NCBI GenBank assembly: GCA_046339595.1
Contig: JBKDUF010000015.1
Span: forward strand, 18,094 to 82,093
Reading direction: 5' to 3'
Source of the DNA: Betaproteobacteria bacterium
GTDB lineage: Bacteria; Pseudomonadota; Gammaproteobacteria; Burkholderiales; SG8-41
Length of the DNA stretch: 64,000 nt
The position numbers were made by a program, and so were the translations under genes. The notes beneath the pieces were generated by a model. It saw only the letters and a program-made list of their open reading frames with translations. It was not told the origin of the DNA and ran no database searches. Below, in pieces: positions 1 through 10,118 of this stretch (position 1 is the stretch's first letter; every line of letters begins with the position of its first letter).

Positions 1-1686
1 GACCGCCTGTGCGCGGAGATGGTGTCCGCCGGCACCCTGATCCGGCTCAACCAGGAAAAACGGCCCGGCTGCTTCCTCGCCCGTTCCGACCCCGATGATG
101 TGGCGCGGATGGAAGACCGTACCTTTGTCTGCAGCCCCAACCGCGAGGATGCCGGTCCCAACAACAACTGGGTGGCGCCCGAAGAGATGAAGGCGACCAT
201 GCGCAAGCTCTACGACGGCTGCATGCGCGGCCGCACCATGTATGTGATCCCGTTCAGCATGGGGCCGCTGGGCTCGCACATTGCCCACATCGGCGTCGAG
301 CTCACCGACTCGCCATACGTGGTGGTCAGCATGCGCATCATGACCCGCATCGGCCGCAAGGTGCTCGACCTGCTCGGCACCAACGGCGAATTCGTGCCTT
401 GCCTGCATTCGGTGGGCATGCCGCTGCAGCCCGGGCAGAAAGACCTGCCCTGGCCGAGCAACAAGGAGCACAAGTTCATCACCCATTTCCCGGAGGAAAA
501 GCTGATCTGGTCCTTCGGCAGCGGCTACGGCGGCAATGCCCTGCTGGGCAAAAAGTGCTTCGCGCTGCGCATCGCCTCGATCATGGCCAAGGAGCAGGGC
601 TGGCTGGCCGAGCACATGCTGATCCTCGGCATCGAGCCGCCGGTCGGCAAAAAGCACTACATTGCGGCGGCTTTCCCCAGCGCCTGCGGCAAGACCAATC
701 TCGCCATGCTGATGCCGCCCAAGTCGCTACAGGGCTGGAAGGTCACCACCATCGGCGAGGACATCGCCTGGATCAAGCCCGGACCCGACGGCAGGCTCTA
801 TGCGATCAATCCCGAAGCCGGCGCCTTCGGCGTGGCGCCGGGCACTTCCGAGATGACCAATGCCAACTGCCTGGCCGCGCTCAACCGCAACACCATCTTC
901 ACCAATGTTGCGATGACCGATGACGGCGACGTGTGGTGGGAGGGCCTGACCAGCGAGCCGCCCAAGCACCTCATCGACTGGACCGGTAAATCCTGGACGC
1001 CCGACAGCGGCCGTCCCGCCGCGCATCCGAATGCGCGCTTCACGGTGCATGCCTCGCAGATCCCCTCGATGGATGCCAACTGGGAGAATCCTGCCGGTGT
1101 GCCGATCAGTGCCTTCCTGTTCGGCGGCCGCCGCACCACCACGGTGCCCTTGGTCAGCGAAGCCAAGGACTGGAAACACGGCGTTTACCTCGCCGCAACC
1201 ATGGCCTCTGAAACCACGGCGGCCATCATCGGCAAGGTCGGTGTGGTGCGCCGCGATCCCTTCGCGATGCTGCCGTTCTGTGGCTACCACTTTGGCGACT
1301 ACTTCAGCCACTGGCTGGGGATCGGCAAGCGGCTCAAGCAGGCGCCGAAGATTTTCGCCGTGAACTGGTTCCGCCGCGATTCCAACGGCAAGTTCCTGTG
1401 GCCCGGCTTCAGCGACAACATGCGCGTGCTGAAGTGGGTGGTTGAGCGCTGCGAAGGAAGGGCAGGTGCGGTCGATACCCCGATCGGCATGATGCCGCGC
1501 TACGATGACATGGAATGGAAGGACCTCAGCGGATTTACCCGCGAGACCTTCGATGAACTGACCCATGTCGATCGCGATGCCTGGCGTGCCGAAGTCCGTG
1601 ACCACGAACAACTCTTCGGCACGCTGGAGTCACGGTTGCCGGCGGAGATGAGGAGGCAACGGGAGGCGCTCGAGAAGGCCTTGTGA
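1..1686 (+). CDS. pckG: Phosphoenolpyruvate carboxykinase (GTP), 5'-truncated by the window edge
   Basis: Frame 1 is open from base 1 (DRLCAE precedes the listed Met at 19). The product carries GTP-PEPCK blocks ([45 protein letters not shown]). It is about 60 aa shorter than the usual ~610 aa, so the N-terminus lies outside the window. Confidence 0.9.
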   Translation, partial: DRLCAEMVSAGTLIRLNQEKRPGCFLARSDPDDVARMEDRTFVCSPNREDAGPNNNWVAPEEMKATMRKLYDGCMRGRTMYVIPFSMGPLGSHIAHIGVELTDSPYVVVSMRIMTRIGRKVLDLLGTNGEFVPCLHSVGMPLQPGQKDLPWPSNKEHKFITHFPEEKLIWSFGSGYGGNALLGKKCFALRIASIMAKEQGWLAEHMLILGIEPPVGKKHYIAAAFPSACGKTNLAMLMPPKSLQGWKVTTIGEDIAWIKPGPDGRLYAINPEAGAFGVAPGTSEMTNANCLAALNRNTIFTNVAMTDDGDVWWEGLTSEPPKHLIDWTGKSWTPDSGRPAAHPNARFTVHASQIPSMDANWENPAGVPISAFLFGGRRTTTVPLVSEAKDWKHGVYLAATMASETTAAIIGKVGVVRRDPFAMLPFCGYHFGDYFSHWLGIGKRLKQAPKIFAVNWFRRDSNGKFLWPGFSDNMRVLKWVVERCEGRAGAVDTPIGMMPRYDDMEWKDLSGFTRETFDELTHVDRDAWRAEVRDHEQLFGTLESRLPAEMRRQREALEKAL

Positions 1687-1710
1687 GCCTGTCGCATCGC
1701 TGGATCCTGA

Positions 1711-1735
1711 AAAGCGCCTGCGGGCGCTTTTTTTT
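1711..1735 (+). terminator. Rho-independent terminator after pckG
   Basis: aaagcgcc-tgcg-ggcgcttt forms an 8-bp stem followed by a T-run, 25 nt after the TGA at 1684-1686. Confidence 0.65.
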
Positions 1736-1842
1736 GATCAGTCCAGCACGCCCATATGCTGTGATCAGACCCTGGTCGGAGCGCTCGGCGGGGGCCGAAG
1801 GCGGGGTTCAGTCCAGGCCGGCAATCGAGAGGGCACTGCTAT

Positions 1843-2811
1843 CTATTCTTCCCTGAAGCCGATGGCCTTGATCAGCCTCGCATAGCGGGCCAGCTCGGCC
1901 TTGATGTGGTCGGCCAGTTGCTGAGGGCTGCTACCCTCCGGCTCATATCCCACCCGCGCCATGCGTTCCTGCATGTCGCGCGACTGCATGGCAGTCACAA
2001 TGGACGCGTTCAGTCTTTCCACGGCCGTCTGCGGTGTTCCGCGGGGACCGACAAGACCATACCAGGGCGTCATTTCATATCCGGGCACGCCGCTTTCGGC
2101 GATGGTCGGTATCTTTGGATCCAGCGGGGAGCGCCGGGCGCTGGTTACCGCAATGACCCGCAGCTTTTTCGCCTGGACATAGGGCGAGAGTGCCGACAGG
2201 CTGCCGAAGGTCATCGTGGTCTCGCCGCTCAGCACCGCATTGAGCGCGGTGCTGCCGCCCTTGTACGGCACATGGAGTATGTCGAGACCGGCCAGTGTCT
2301 TGAACTGCTCGCCCGAGAAATGAGTGCCGGTGCCGGCGCCCGCGGAGGAAAATGTCAGCGCGCCGGGCTTCGATTTGGCCAGTGCAATGACCTGGCGGAC
2401 ATTCTGCACCGGCAGCGAAGGATGAACCGCCAGCGCGAAGGACTGCCGGGCGAGCAGGGAAACGGGCTCGAAATCACGCACCGGATCATAGGCCAGCCTC
2501 GGACGAAGGTTGGGCAGCAGTGCGTAAGTCGTGTGGCTCGTGACGAGCAGGGTGTAGCCGTCCGCGGGAGCGCGGGCCACAAGTTCGGCGCCGATGGCGG
2601 TGCTTCCGCCCGGCCGGTTGTCAACCATCATCTGTTGGCCGAGGCGTCTGCCAAGTTCATCGGCCACGATGCGCCCGATGATGTCGTTGCCACCTCCCGG
2701 AGGGTAGGGGATCACCACGCGCACGGTCTTGGCGGGGTAGGCCGTTTGGGAAAATGCCGGTGATGCGAACAGGAGGGCGGCAAGGGTCAGTGTGGACTGC
2801 AAGGGCTTCAT
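1843..2811 (-). CDS. Bug/TctC-family tripartite tricarboxylate transporter substrate-binding protein
   Basis: Taken from ORF 1843..2868, with the start moved to the Met at 2811 (MKPLQSTLTLAALLFASPAFSQ signal peptide). Family blocks are present: VIPYPPGGGNDIIGR, DGYTLLV, VPYKGG, TPWYGL. Confidence 0.85.
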   Translation of the reverse strand: MKPLQSTLTLAALLFASPAFSQTAYPAKTVRVVIPYPPGGGNDIIGRIVADELGRRLGQQMMVDNRPGGSTAIGAELVARAPADGYTLLVTSHTTYALLPNLRPRLAYDPVRDFEPVSLLARQSFALAVHPSLPVQNVRQVIALAKSKPGALTFSSAGAGTGTHFSGEQFKTLAGLDILHVPYKGGSTALNAVLSGETTMTFGSLSALSPYVQAKKLRVIAVTSARRSPLDPKIPTIAESGVPGYEMTPWYGLVGPRGTPQTAVERLNASIVTAMQSRDMQERMARVGYEPEGSSPQQLADHIKAELARYARLIKAIGFREE

Positions 2812-3068
2812 GTCTTTGTTCCGGAATCCATGGATAACCACGGCAGACGATATAACAGTCGGGCGCAAGGTGAAACACGCCCACTGCCTGGAAGGCTTGT
2901 CCGGCCGTCATTTCATGGCTATGTTCGACGCCGTGATGCGGTCTTGACCGAGCATTACGGTCGGTCATTGCTGGCGGCCTCCCGCTTGAGCAGGCTGCTC
3001 CGCATTCGCTTCAATCATCACTAAGGCACAGGCCTCATGAATAACCCCGGTACAGGACAGGCACCCGC

Positions 3069-3566
3069 ATGAATGCCCCCGGGATACGTGTGCTGTTTGT
3101 CTGCATGGGCAATATCTGCCGCTCCCCCACGGCTGAGGGGGTGTTCCGGCATCTGGTGCAGGCGCGCGGACTGGCGGAGCACATCCAGGCGGATTCCGCA
3201 GGCACTCACGATTATCACCTCGGTGATCCGCCTGATCCGAGAACCCGGGCCGCGGCGCTGAGGCGCGGCTACGACCTGTCTCCGCTGCGCGCCCGGCAGG
3301 TCGCGAACACGGATTTCGCAGCCTTCGATTACGTGCTGGCGATGGATGCGGTGAACCTGGCGACCCTGGAACGCCTGCGTCCGCGGGCGAGCCGGGCGCG
3401 CGTGCAGCTGTTGCTGGAGTTCGCGCCGGGATGCGGCCTGCGGGAAGTGCCCGATCCCTACTACGGCTGCGAGCAGGATTTTGAAGTTGTGCTCGACCTG
3501 GTGGAGCAGGGATGCCGCGGGCTGCTCAACCGGCTGCAGGCGCAGTTGCCGCCTAGTCAAGCTTGA
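3069..3566 (+). CDS. Low-molecular-weight protein-tyrosine phosphatase
   Basis: N-terminal VLFVCMGNICRSPTAEG contains the CX5R(S) P-loop, and the DPYY motif sits near the C-terminus. The 165-aa size fits the family. Confidence 0.85.
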   Translation: MNAPGIRVLFVCMGNICRSPTAEGVFRHLVQARGLAEHIQADSAGTHDYHLGDPPDPRTRAAALRRGYDLSPLRARQVANTDFAAFDYVLAMDAVNLATLERLRPRASRARVQLLLEFAPGCGLREVPDPYYGCEQDFEVVLDLVEQGCRGLLNRLQAQLPPSQA

Positions 3567-4527
3567 TGTTGGCGGCCTTGATTACCCTGACCCAGTCTTC
3601 GAATTCCTTGCGCATGAACTTGCCGAGTTCCTCCGGCGTCGTCGGCGCGGGTTCGGCGCCCTGACTGGAAAAACGCTTCGCGATCTCGGGCTCGTTGAGC
3701 ACCCGTACCGTTTCGGCGTTGATGCGGGCGATGATGTCCCGCGGTACGCCGGCATGGGCCATGAAGGCGTACCAGGTGGTGTACTGGAAACCCTTTACCC
3801 CGGATTCGGCCACGGTCGGTATGTCGGGCATTGCCGGCGAGCGTTTGGCGCTGCCGACGGCGATGCCGCGCATGCGACCGCTGGCGATGTGCGGCAGCAC
3901 CGAGGGCATGCTGTTGAACATGGCCGTGATCTGCCCCGACATCAGGTCGGTCATCGCCGGCGCGGTGCCCTTGTACGGAATGTGGGTGAGGTTCACACCG
4001 GCCATGGACTTGAGCAGCTCCATGCCCATGTGCTGCGGGCTGCCGGGGCCAACCGAGCCGTAGTTGATCTGTCCGGGCTTCGATTTGGCGAGCCTGATCA
4101 GGTCCTGCACGTTACGCACCGGCAGTGAAGGGTGCACGACCAGGATCTGCGGATTGATCACCAGCAGCGAGATCGGCGCAAGGTCCCTGAACACGTCATA
4201 GGGCAGCTTGGGGTTGAGCGCTGGCGCCAGCGCCAGCGAACCGCCGGTGCCGAAGAGAATGGTGTAGCCGTCGGGTGGAGAGCGCAGCACGTTTTCGACC
4301 CCGATCACGCCGCCGGCACCCGGCCGGTTTTCGACAATGACCTGCTGTTTCCAGATTTCGGACAGGCGCTGGCCCATCGCACGGCCGACAAAGTCGGTGG
4401 GGCCGCCTGGCGGAAAATGGATCACCATGCGCAGCGCGCGTGACGGAAAATTCTGGGCGGTCTGCGCTGCAGCCTGTCCTGCGGCAAGCAGCGCGGCGGC
4501 GATGCAGCCGATGGCGATCTTGTTCAT
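3553..4527 (-). CDS. Bug/TctC-family substrate-binding protein
   Basis: Taken from ORF 3553..4569, with the start moved to the Met at 4527 (MNKIAIGCIAAALLAAGQAAAQ signal peptide; GGAGGA Shine-Dalgarno (SD) 7 nt upstream). Blocks FPPGGPTDFVGR, DGYTILF and IPYKGT are present. Confidence 0.85.
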   Translation of the reverse strand: MNKIAIGCIAAALLAAGQAAAQTAQNFPSRALRMVIHFPPGGPTDFVGRAMGQRLSEIWKQQVIVENRPGAGGVIGVENVLRSPPDGYTILFGTGGSLALAPALNPKLPYDVFRDLAPISLLVINPQILVVHPSLPVRNVQDLIRLAKSKPGQINYGSVGPGSPQHMGMELLKSMAGVNLTHIPYKGTAPAMTDLMSGQITAMFNSMPSVLPHIASGRMRGIAVGSAKRSPAMPDIPTVAESGVKGFQYTTWYAFMAHAGVPRDIIARINAETVRVLNEPEIAKRFSSQGAEPAPTTPEELGKFMRKEFEDWVRVIKAANIKLD

Positions 4528-4655
4528 GGCTTCTCCTCCAGTATGATTTGTTTTGCATGAATCTAGCACGAAGACGCAGCGCCCAGCAGGTTTGACCCGC
4601 GGGTGTGCAGCGGCTATCTTCCCCCGTCACTCATCAGCCCCTTACAGTCCAGAAA

Positions 4656-6746
4656 ATGAACGACGCCCTGCGTGCGCTGCTCCATCCGCAATCCATTGCG
4701 GTGATCGGCGCCTCCACCGATTTCAACAAGATCAACGGCCGCACCTTCAAGGCGCTGGTCGACAAGGGTTATGCCGGGCGCATCCTGCCGGTGAACCCGA
4801 AATACCAGACGCTGCTTGACCGGCCCTGTTATCCGGATGTCGCTTCGATTCCGGGCACGGTGGATCTCGCCGTGGTCGCAGTGCCGGCAAGGCATGTGCC
4901 GGAGACGCTGCGCGAACTCGGCCGCAAGGGCGTCAAGGTTGCGGTGGTGTTCAGTTCCGGATTCAGCGAAGTCGGCGGCGATGGCGTGCAGCTGGAGGCG
5001 GAACTCAGGCAGGCGATCCGTGACAGCGGCGTGCGCGTGCTCGGTCCCAATTGTCTGGGGCTGGTCAATGTGTTCGAGAACATGATGGCGACCTTCAGCC
5101 AGTTTTCGCTGGGGCCGACCCCGGAAGGCCCGGCGGCATTCGTCACCCAGTCCGGCGCACTGGGCACCGCCACGGCGGGGGTTGCGCGCAAGCGCGGTCT
5201 CAACTTCGGATTTTTCGTCAATACCGGCAACGAGACCGACCTGCAGTTTGTCGATGTGATGGGCGCGATTGTTGCCGAGGACAAGGTCACCGTCGGTGCC
5301 GGTTACATCGAGGGATTGAAAAACGGGCCGGGACTGCTGCGTGTGGCGGAGGATGCGCTGGCGCGCGGCAAGCCGCTGGTGCTGACCAAGGTGGGCCGCA
5401 CCAGGGCTGGCGCCAAGGCGATTGCTTCGCATACCGGTTCACTCGCCGGAGAGGATGCGGTGTTTGCCGGCGTGATCCGCCAGCGCGGTATCATCCGCGC
5501 TCGCAGTGATGAGCAACTACTTGATTTTGTTGAAGTATTTTCTCAGTGCGCGCTGCCCGGCGGGCGTGGCATCGGCATCATCACGCGCTCCGGCGGCGCC
5601 GGCGCGCTGATGGCTGACCGGGCCGAGGAAATCGGCCTCGACGTGGCGACACTGAGCGAGGCGACCACCGCCGCGCTGCGCAAGGTGGTGCCGGCCTTCG
5701 GTTCCACCGGCAATCCGGTGGACATCACCGCGCAGGGGCTGGTCGATCCCAACCTGATGCGCGAGAGCATCAAGATCCTGCTTTCCGATCCGAAGGTGGA
5801 TGTGGCGATTGCCTGGCTGTCGTTCTCCGAAAAGCAGGCCGATCTGAACGTGCGCAACTTCGTCGAAGCCAAAGCGCAGGCGAGCAAGCCCTTCATCGTG
5901 TGCTGGATGGGCATGCCCGAGGCCGCCGGCGAGCAGATGCGCGCTGCCGGCATCCCGGTGCTGCGCAGCGCAGAAGCCGCCGTCGATGCCATCGGAGCGC
6001 TGGTGCAATACGCTGAAGCCCGTCGCCAATGGCAGGCGGATGCGCCGGCACGCGCGGCATTGCAACTGCCTGCACTGAAACTCCCGGCGCAGCCCGGCCC
6101 GGTATCCAGCCTCGAAGGTCAGGCGCTGCTGCAAGGCTGCGGCGTGCAGACCGCCGCGGCGAAACTGGCCGGCAGTGCCGATGCCGCGGTCGCGGCCGCC
6201 GAAGCCCTGGGTTACCCGGTGGTGCTCAAGATTGAATCCCCGGACATCCTGCACAAGACCGAGGCCAAAGGTGTCGCCCTGAATCTGAAGGATGCGGCCG
6301 CCGTGCGTGCGGCCCATGCGCGGCTGATCGCCAACGCCCGCGCGTACAAGTCCGATGCCCGCATCAGCGGCGTGCTGGTGCAGGCCATGGCACAGGGCAC
6401 GACCGAACTGGTGATCGGCCTGCAGCGCGACCCGACCTTCGGCCCGGTGGTGATGGTCGGGCTGGGCGGGGTGCTGATCGAAGTGTTCAAGGATGTGGTG
6501 TTCCGCGCCGCCCCGGTCACCGAAGCCGAAGCCCTGCGCATGCTCGACGAACTCAAAAGCAGGGCGGTATTGGATGGTGTGCGCGGCGCAGCGCCGGTGG
6601 ACAGGACAGCGGTGGCGCGGATGGTCAGTGCAGTGTCGCGACTGGGCGCGGCGGCCGGGCCGCGGCTGCGCGAACTGGATCTGAACCCGGTGCTCGCCGG
6701 TCCGCAGGGCGCGACCGCCGTGGACTGGCTGATGGTGCTGGACTAA
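4656..6746 (+). CDS. ADP-forming acyl-CoA synthetase (acetate--CoA ligase family; CoA-binding + ligase-CoA + ATP-grasp domains), copy A
   Basis: Taken from ORF 4605..6746, with the start placed at the Met at 4656 (MNDALRALLHPQSIAVIGAS CoA-binding N-terminus). It has the phosphohistidine loop IASHTGSLAG and a C-terminal ATP-grasp (GYPVVLKIESPDILHKTEAKGV). Confidence 0.85.
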   Translation: MNDALRALLHPQSIAVIGASTDFNKINGRTFKALVDKGYAGRILPVNPKYQTLLDRPCYPDVASIPGTVDLAVVAVPARHVPETLRELGRKGVKVAVVFSSGFSEVGGDGVQLEAELRQAIRDSGVRVLGPNCLGLVNVFENMMATFSQFSLGPTPEGPAAFVTQSGALGTATAGVARKRGLNFGFFVNTGNETDLQFVDVMGAIVAEDKVTVGAGYIEGLKNGPGLLRVAEDALARGKPLVLTKVGRTRAGAKAIASHTGSLAGEDAVFAGVIRQRGIIRARSDEQLLDFVEVFSQCALPGGRGIGIITRSGGAGALMADRAEEIGLDVATLSEATTAALRKVVPAFGSTGNPVDITAQGLVDPNLMRESIKILLSDPKVDVAIAWLSFSEKQADLNVRNFVEAKAQASKPFIVCWMGMPEAAGEQMRAAGIPVLRSAEAAVDAIGALVQYAEARRQWQADAPARAALQLPALKLPAQPGPVSSLEGQALLQGCGVQTAAAKLAGSADAAVAAAEALGYPVVLKIESPDILHKTEAKGVALNLKDAAAVRAAHARLIANARAYKSDARISGVLVQAMAQGTTELVIGLQRDPTFGPVVMVGLGGVLIEVFKDVVFRAAPVTEAEALRMLDELKSRAVLDGVRGAAPVDRTAVARMVSAVSRLGAAAGPRLRELDLNPVLAGPQGATAVDWLMVLD
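6015..6746 (+). repeat. 732-bp near-identical tract shared with 18422..19153 (ATP-grasp-encoding 3' part of the acyl-CoA synthetase genes)
   Basis: The two tracts are collinear with a constant offset of 12407 nt and no indels. Only scattered substitutions are visible by eye, giving 9 aa differences in 243 residues. Confidence 0.9.
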
Positions 6747-6764
6747 ACGAACACAGAGGAAACC

Positions 6765-7952
6765 ATGGATTTCACTTTGCCCGAAGAACTGCGCATGCTG
6801 CGAGACACCGTGGCGCGTTTCGTACGTGAGGAGCTGCTGCCACTGGAACGTGATGTGATCCGGCGCGAGGCCGAACGCGGCCTCACCGACGCACCGCTGA
6901 TTGATCCGGATGCAGAGAAACATCTGTCCGCCAAGGCGCGGGAAATCGGGCTCTACGGCATTGACGTGCCCGAGGAATACGGCGGCCAGAACATGGGCAT
7001 GCTGGCGAAGGCCATTGTCATCGAGGAATTGAAGACCAGCATCGTGCCGTTCGTGCTGCCGCCGGACAGTCCCAACCTGTGGATGCTGCGCGAGACCTGC
7101 ACGCCGGAACAGGTGCAGAAATACCTGCTCCCCTATGCCCGGGGCGAGATGAAAAGCGCGATTGCGATCTCCGAGCCCGGTGCCGGATCGGATCCGGCCG
7201 GTATGAAGACCCGCGCCGAATTCAGGAACGGCAAATGGGTGCTCAACGGCCAGAAGATCTGGATCAGCGGTGCGCGCAAGGCTGATTTCATCATCGTGAT
7301 GGCGGTGACCGACCCTGAAAAAGGTTCGCGCGGCGGCATCACGGCTTTCCTTGTCGACCGGGGCGCCAAGGGCCTGTCGATCCCGTCGGTGTTCAACACC
7401 ATTGGCGAGCATGCGCCATATGCGGTGTTCTTTGACAACGTCGAATTGCCCGAAAGCCAGGTGCTGGGCAAGGTCGGCCAGGGTTTTGCGCCGATGCAGA
7501 ACCGCCTCGGCGTGCGACGCATGGAAATCGCCTGCCGCTCGCTCGGCTACGCGCGGCGCTGCATGGACATCATGCTCAAGCAGGCCAATGAGCGAAAAAC
7601 CTTCGGCTTACTGCTTGCCGACCGCCAGCAGGTGCAGTGGTGGCTCGCCGACAGCTGGCAGGAAATGGAAATGGTGCGCTGGATCACGTGGCGCCTCGCC
7701 ACGAAGATGGACCAGGGCGGCAGTGACTGGCGGCGCGAGGCGGCGATGGTCAAGCTGCAGGGCAGCGAGATGATCGGGCGGGTGTCCGACCGCGCGATCC
7801 AGCTGCTGGGTGGCATGGGCGTGTCGAAGGACCTGCCGCTGGAATATATCGCGCGCGCCTGCCGCGTGTTCCGCATATTCGAGGGGCCGAGCGAAGTCCA
7901 TCGCTGGTTCATCGCACGCGACCTGCTGCGCAACGGCATGCCCGCCGATTGA
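6765..7952 (+). CDS. Acyl-CoA dehydrogenase
   Basis: 395 aa with ACAD blocks (AIAISEPGAGSDPAGMKT, WISGA, the C-terminal QLLGGMG...IFEGPSEV). Confidence 0.9.
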   Translation: MDFTLPEELRMLRDTVARFVREELLPLERDVIRREAERGLTDAPLIDPDAEKHLSAKAREIGLYGIDVPEEYGGQNMGMLAKAIVIEELKTSIVPFVLPPDSPNLWMLRETCTPEQVQKYLLPYARGEMKSAIAISEPGAGSDPAGMKTRAEFRNGKWVLNGQKIWISGARKADFIIVMAVTDPEKGSRGGITAFLVDRGAKGLSIPSVFNTIGEHAPYAVFFDNVELPESQVLGKVGQGFAPMQNRLGVRRMEIACRSLGYARRCMDIMLKQANERKTFGLLLADRQQVQWWLADSWQEMEMVRWITWRLATKMDQGGSDWRREAAMVKLQGSEMIGRVSDRAIQLLGGMGVSKDLPLEYIARACRVFRIFEGPSEVHRWFIARDLLRNGMPAD

Positions 7953-9202
7953 GCACGCCGGCCCGCGACCCGGCGCTGGCACCGTTCCGGGTCCGCAGTT
8001 TCCGCTTTCAGTGGCCCGCGGATCTGGCGGCCTCCTGGGCGTTCGAGATGGAAACGCTGATCCTCGGCTGGTATGTGCTGGCCGAGACCGGATCGGTGCT
8101 GATGCTGACGCTGTTTGCCTCGCTGCAGTACGCGGGCACGCTGCTGTCGCCGCTGATCGGCGTCGCCGGCCACCGCCTGGGCAACAAGCGCGTGTTTTGC
8201 GCGATGCGCGGCTTATATCTGCTGCTGGCGTCCATGCTGGCGGCGCTGGCACTCAGCGGAGCATTGCAGCCGCTGCATGTTTTCGTGATCACCGCGCTGA
8301 TGGGGCTGGTGCGGCCCTCCGATCTGGTGATGCGCCATGCGCTGATCGGCGAAACCCTGCCGGTGGCCCAGTTTGTCGGCGCCGCCAGCATTTCGCGCAC
8401 CACCCAGGATTCGGCGCGGGTGATGGGCGCACTGACCGGCGCCGGACTGGTGGCTGTCCTCGGCGTGGGTATCGCCTATGTCGTGGTCACCACCTTCTAT
8501 CTTGCCAGCCTGCTGCTGACCCTGGGCGTGGCGTCATCGCGCACCGCGCCCCAGACCCCGTCAACCCTGGTGCCGACGACGGTGCTGCAGGACCTGAAGG
8601 AGGGGATGCTCTATGTCTGGCGCACCCCCGCGCTGCAGGCCGCGATCTGGCTGGCGCTGCTGGTCAACCTGACGGCGTTCCCGCTGGTGAACGGCCTGCT
8701 GCCCTATGTCGCCCGCAGCGTCTATGGCACTGACCAGACGGGGCTCGGCTACATGGTGGCCGGTTTTGCCGGCGGCGCGCTGCTGGGGTCGCTGTGGCTG
8801 ACCCGTTTCGGCCATGGCGTGAAGCCGGCGCGGATGATGGTCGGCGGCTGCGTGGTCTGGTATGTGCTGACCCTGCTGTTTGTGCAGATGGATAGCCTCG
8901 CGGCCGGCATCGCGATGCTGCTGCTGTCGGGCCTTGCGCAGAGCCTGGGCATGGTCGCCATGGCGGCCTTGCTGCTGCGGGTCTCGGAACCGCGTTTCCG
9001 CAGCCGCGTGATGGGCGTCCGCATGCTGGCCATCTACACCTTGCCCGTGGGCCTGATGCTGTCCGGTCCCCTGATCGAGCAGTTCGGCTTTCGTGCGCTG
9101 GGCAGCGCCTACTGCCTCGCCGGGCTGGCATTGACCCTGTGGATCGGTTGGCATTGGCGCAGCCAGGTCTGGGATTCCCGGGCCCCGGCAAACCGGGGTT
9201 GA
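7949..9202 (+). CDS. MFS transporter, copy A
   Basis: 417 aa, strongly hydrophobic, with about 12 predicted membrane spans. The TTG start overlaps the ACAD stop (TTGA). It is a paralogue of 19209..20456, sharing the N-terminal block PFRVR.FRFQWPADLAASWAFEMETLILGWYVL. The exact start is uncertain. Confidence 0.75.
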   Translation: MSTPARDPALAPFRVRSFRFQWPADLAASWAFEMETLILGWYVLAETGSVLMLTLFASLQYAGTLLSPLIGVAGHRLGNKRVFCAMRGLYLLLASMLAALALSGALQPLHVFVITALMGLVRPSDLVMRHALIGETLPVAQFVGAASISRTTQDSARVMGALTGAGLVAVLGVGIAYVVVTTFYLASLLLTLGVASSRTAPQTPSTLVPTTVLQDLKEGMLYVWRTPALQAAIWLALLVNLTAFPLVNGLLPYVARSVYGTDQTGLGYMVAGFAGGALLGSLWLTRFGHGVKPARMMVGGCVVWYVLTLLFVQMDSLAAGIAMLLLSGLAQSLGMVAMAALLLRVSEPRFRSRVMGVRMLAIYTLPVGLMLSGPLIEQFGFRALGSAYCLAGLALTLWIGWHWRSQVWDSRAPANRG

Positions 9203-9276
9203 GCCCGGGTGACCGAGGCGGTGATCGGTTAAAATGTGGGACTGATTTTTTATATTGTGAACCCACAGGATTACCC

Positions 9277-10080
9277 ATGAACGCACCCGTCGCCCCCACG
9301 GACCGCCTGCTTGCCGAGAGAAAAGACGGCATCGGCTGGATCACCTTCAACAATCCGGCTCGCCACAATGCGGTGTCCTTCGAAATGTGGCAGAACCTGC
9401 CGCTGCTGCTGGCCAATTTTGTGGCCGATCCTGAAGTCGGCGTGATCGTGCTCAGGGGCGCGGGCGAAAAAGCCTTCGTCGCGGGTGCCGACATTTCCCA
9501 GTTCAAGGAAAAGCGCAGCAGCGAGGACGCGGTTGCCGCCTACAACAAGGCGGCTGACGACGCCGGCAAGGCGCTGCAGGAATGCGCCAAGCCCACCATC
9601 GCGATGGTGCGCGGCTACTGCATCGGTGGCGGCACCGCGATTGCCGTCAACTGCGACATCCGCATCGCGGCTGATGATGCCAAATTCGGCGTGCCTGCCG
9701 GCAAACTCGGCCTCGGCTACCGATTCGTCGGCGTCAAGCGACTGACCGACGTGGTGGGACCGCAGTTCACCGCCGAGATCTTCTTCACCGCCCGCCAGTT
9801 CAATGCCCAGGAAGCCCTGCAGATGAACCTGGTCAACCGCGTGGTGCCGGCGGCGGAACTGGAGCAATACACCCTCGACTATGCCCGGACCATTGCCGGC
9901 AATGCGCCACTGACCCTGGCTTCGGTGAAGGCCTCGCTGATCGAATACGCCAAGCCCCCCGCTGAGCGCGACCTCGAGAAACTGCAGCGCATGGTCGATG
10001 TTTGCTACAAGAGTGAGGACTACAAGGAAGGCCAGGCCGCCTTTGCCGAAAAGCGCAAGCCGGTATTCAAGGGTCGTTAA
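9277..10080 (+). CDS. Enoyl-CoA hydratase/isomerase family protein
   Basis: Taken from ORF 9139..10080, with the start moved to the ATG at 9277 (MNAPVAPTDRLL). The crotonase block RGAGEKAFVAGADI is present, and the ~267-aa size fits the family. Confidence 0.85.
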   Translation: MNAPVAPTDRLLAERKDGIGWITFNNPARHNAVSFEMWQNLPLLLANFVADPEVGVIVLRGAGEKAFVAGADISQFKEKRSSEDAVAAYNKAADDAGKALQECAKPTIAMVRGYCIGGGTAIAVNCDIRIAADDAKFGVPAGKLGLGYRFVGVKRLTDVVGPQFTAEIFFTARQFNAQEALQMNLVNRVVPAAELEQYTLDYARTIAGNAPLTLASVKASLIEYAKPPAERDLEKLQRMVDVCYKSEDYKEGQAAFAEKRKPVFKGR

Positions 10081-10118
10081 ACTTTAACTTGTTGATTTAA
10101 TTGATAAAAAGGTAAACC

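Noticed and set aside
5517-7412. 631-aa ORF on the minus strand, together with similar long antisense or out-of-frame ORFs: 10362..11678, 18335..19369, 24330..25412, 29735..30874, 33417..34676, 42904..44163, 62588..63814.
   Set aside because: Each lies fully antisense or out of frame to a gene with clear family motifs. The translations are Arg/Ala/Gly/His-rich, low-complexity sequences typical of stop-poor non-coding frames in high-GC DNA. No motifs are recognisable.
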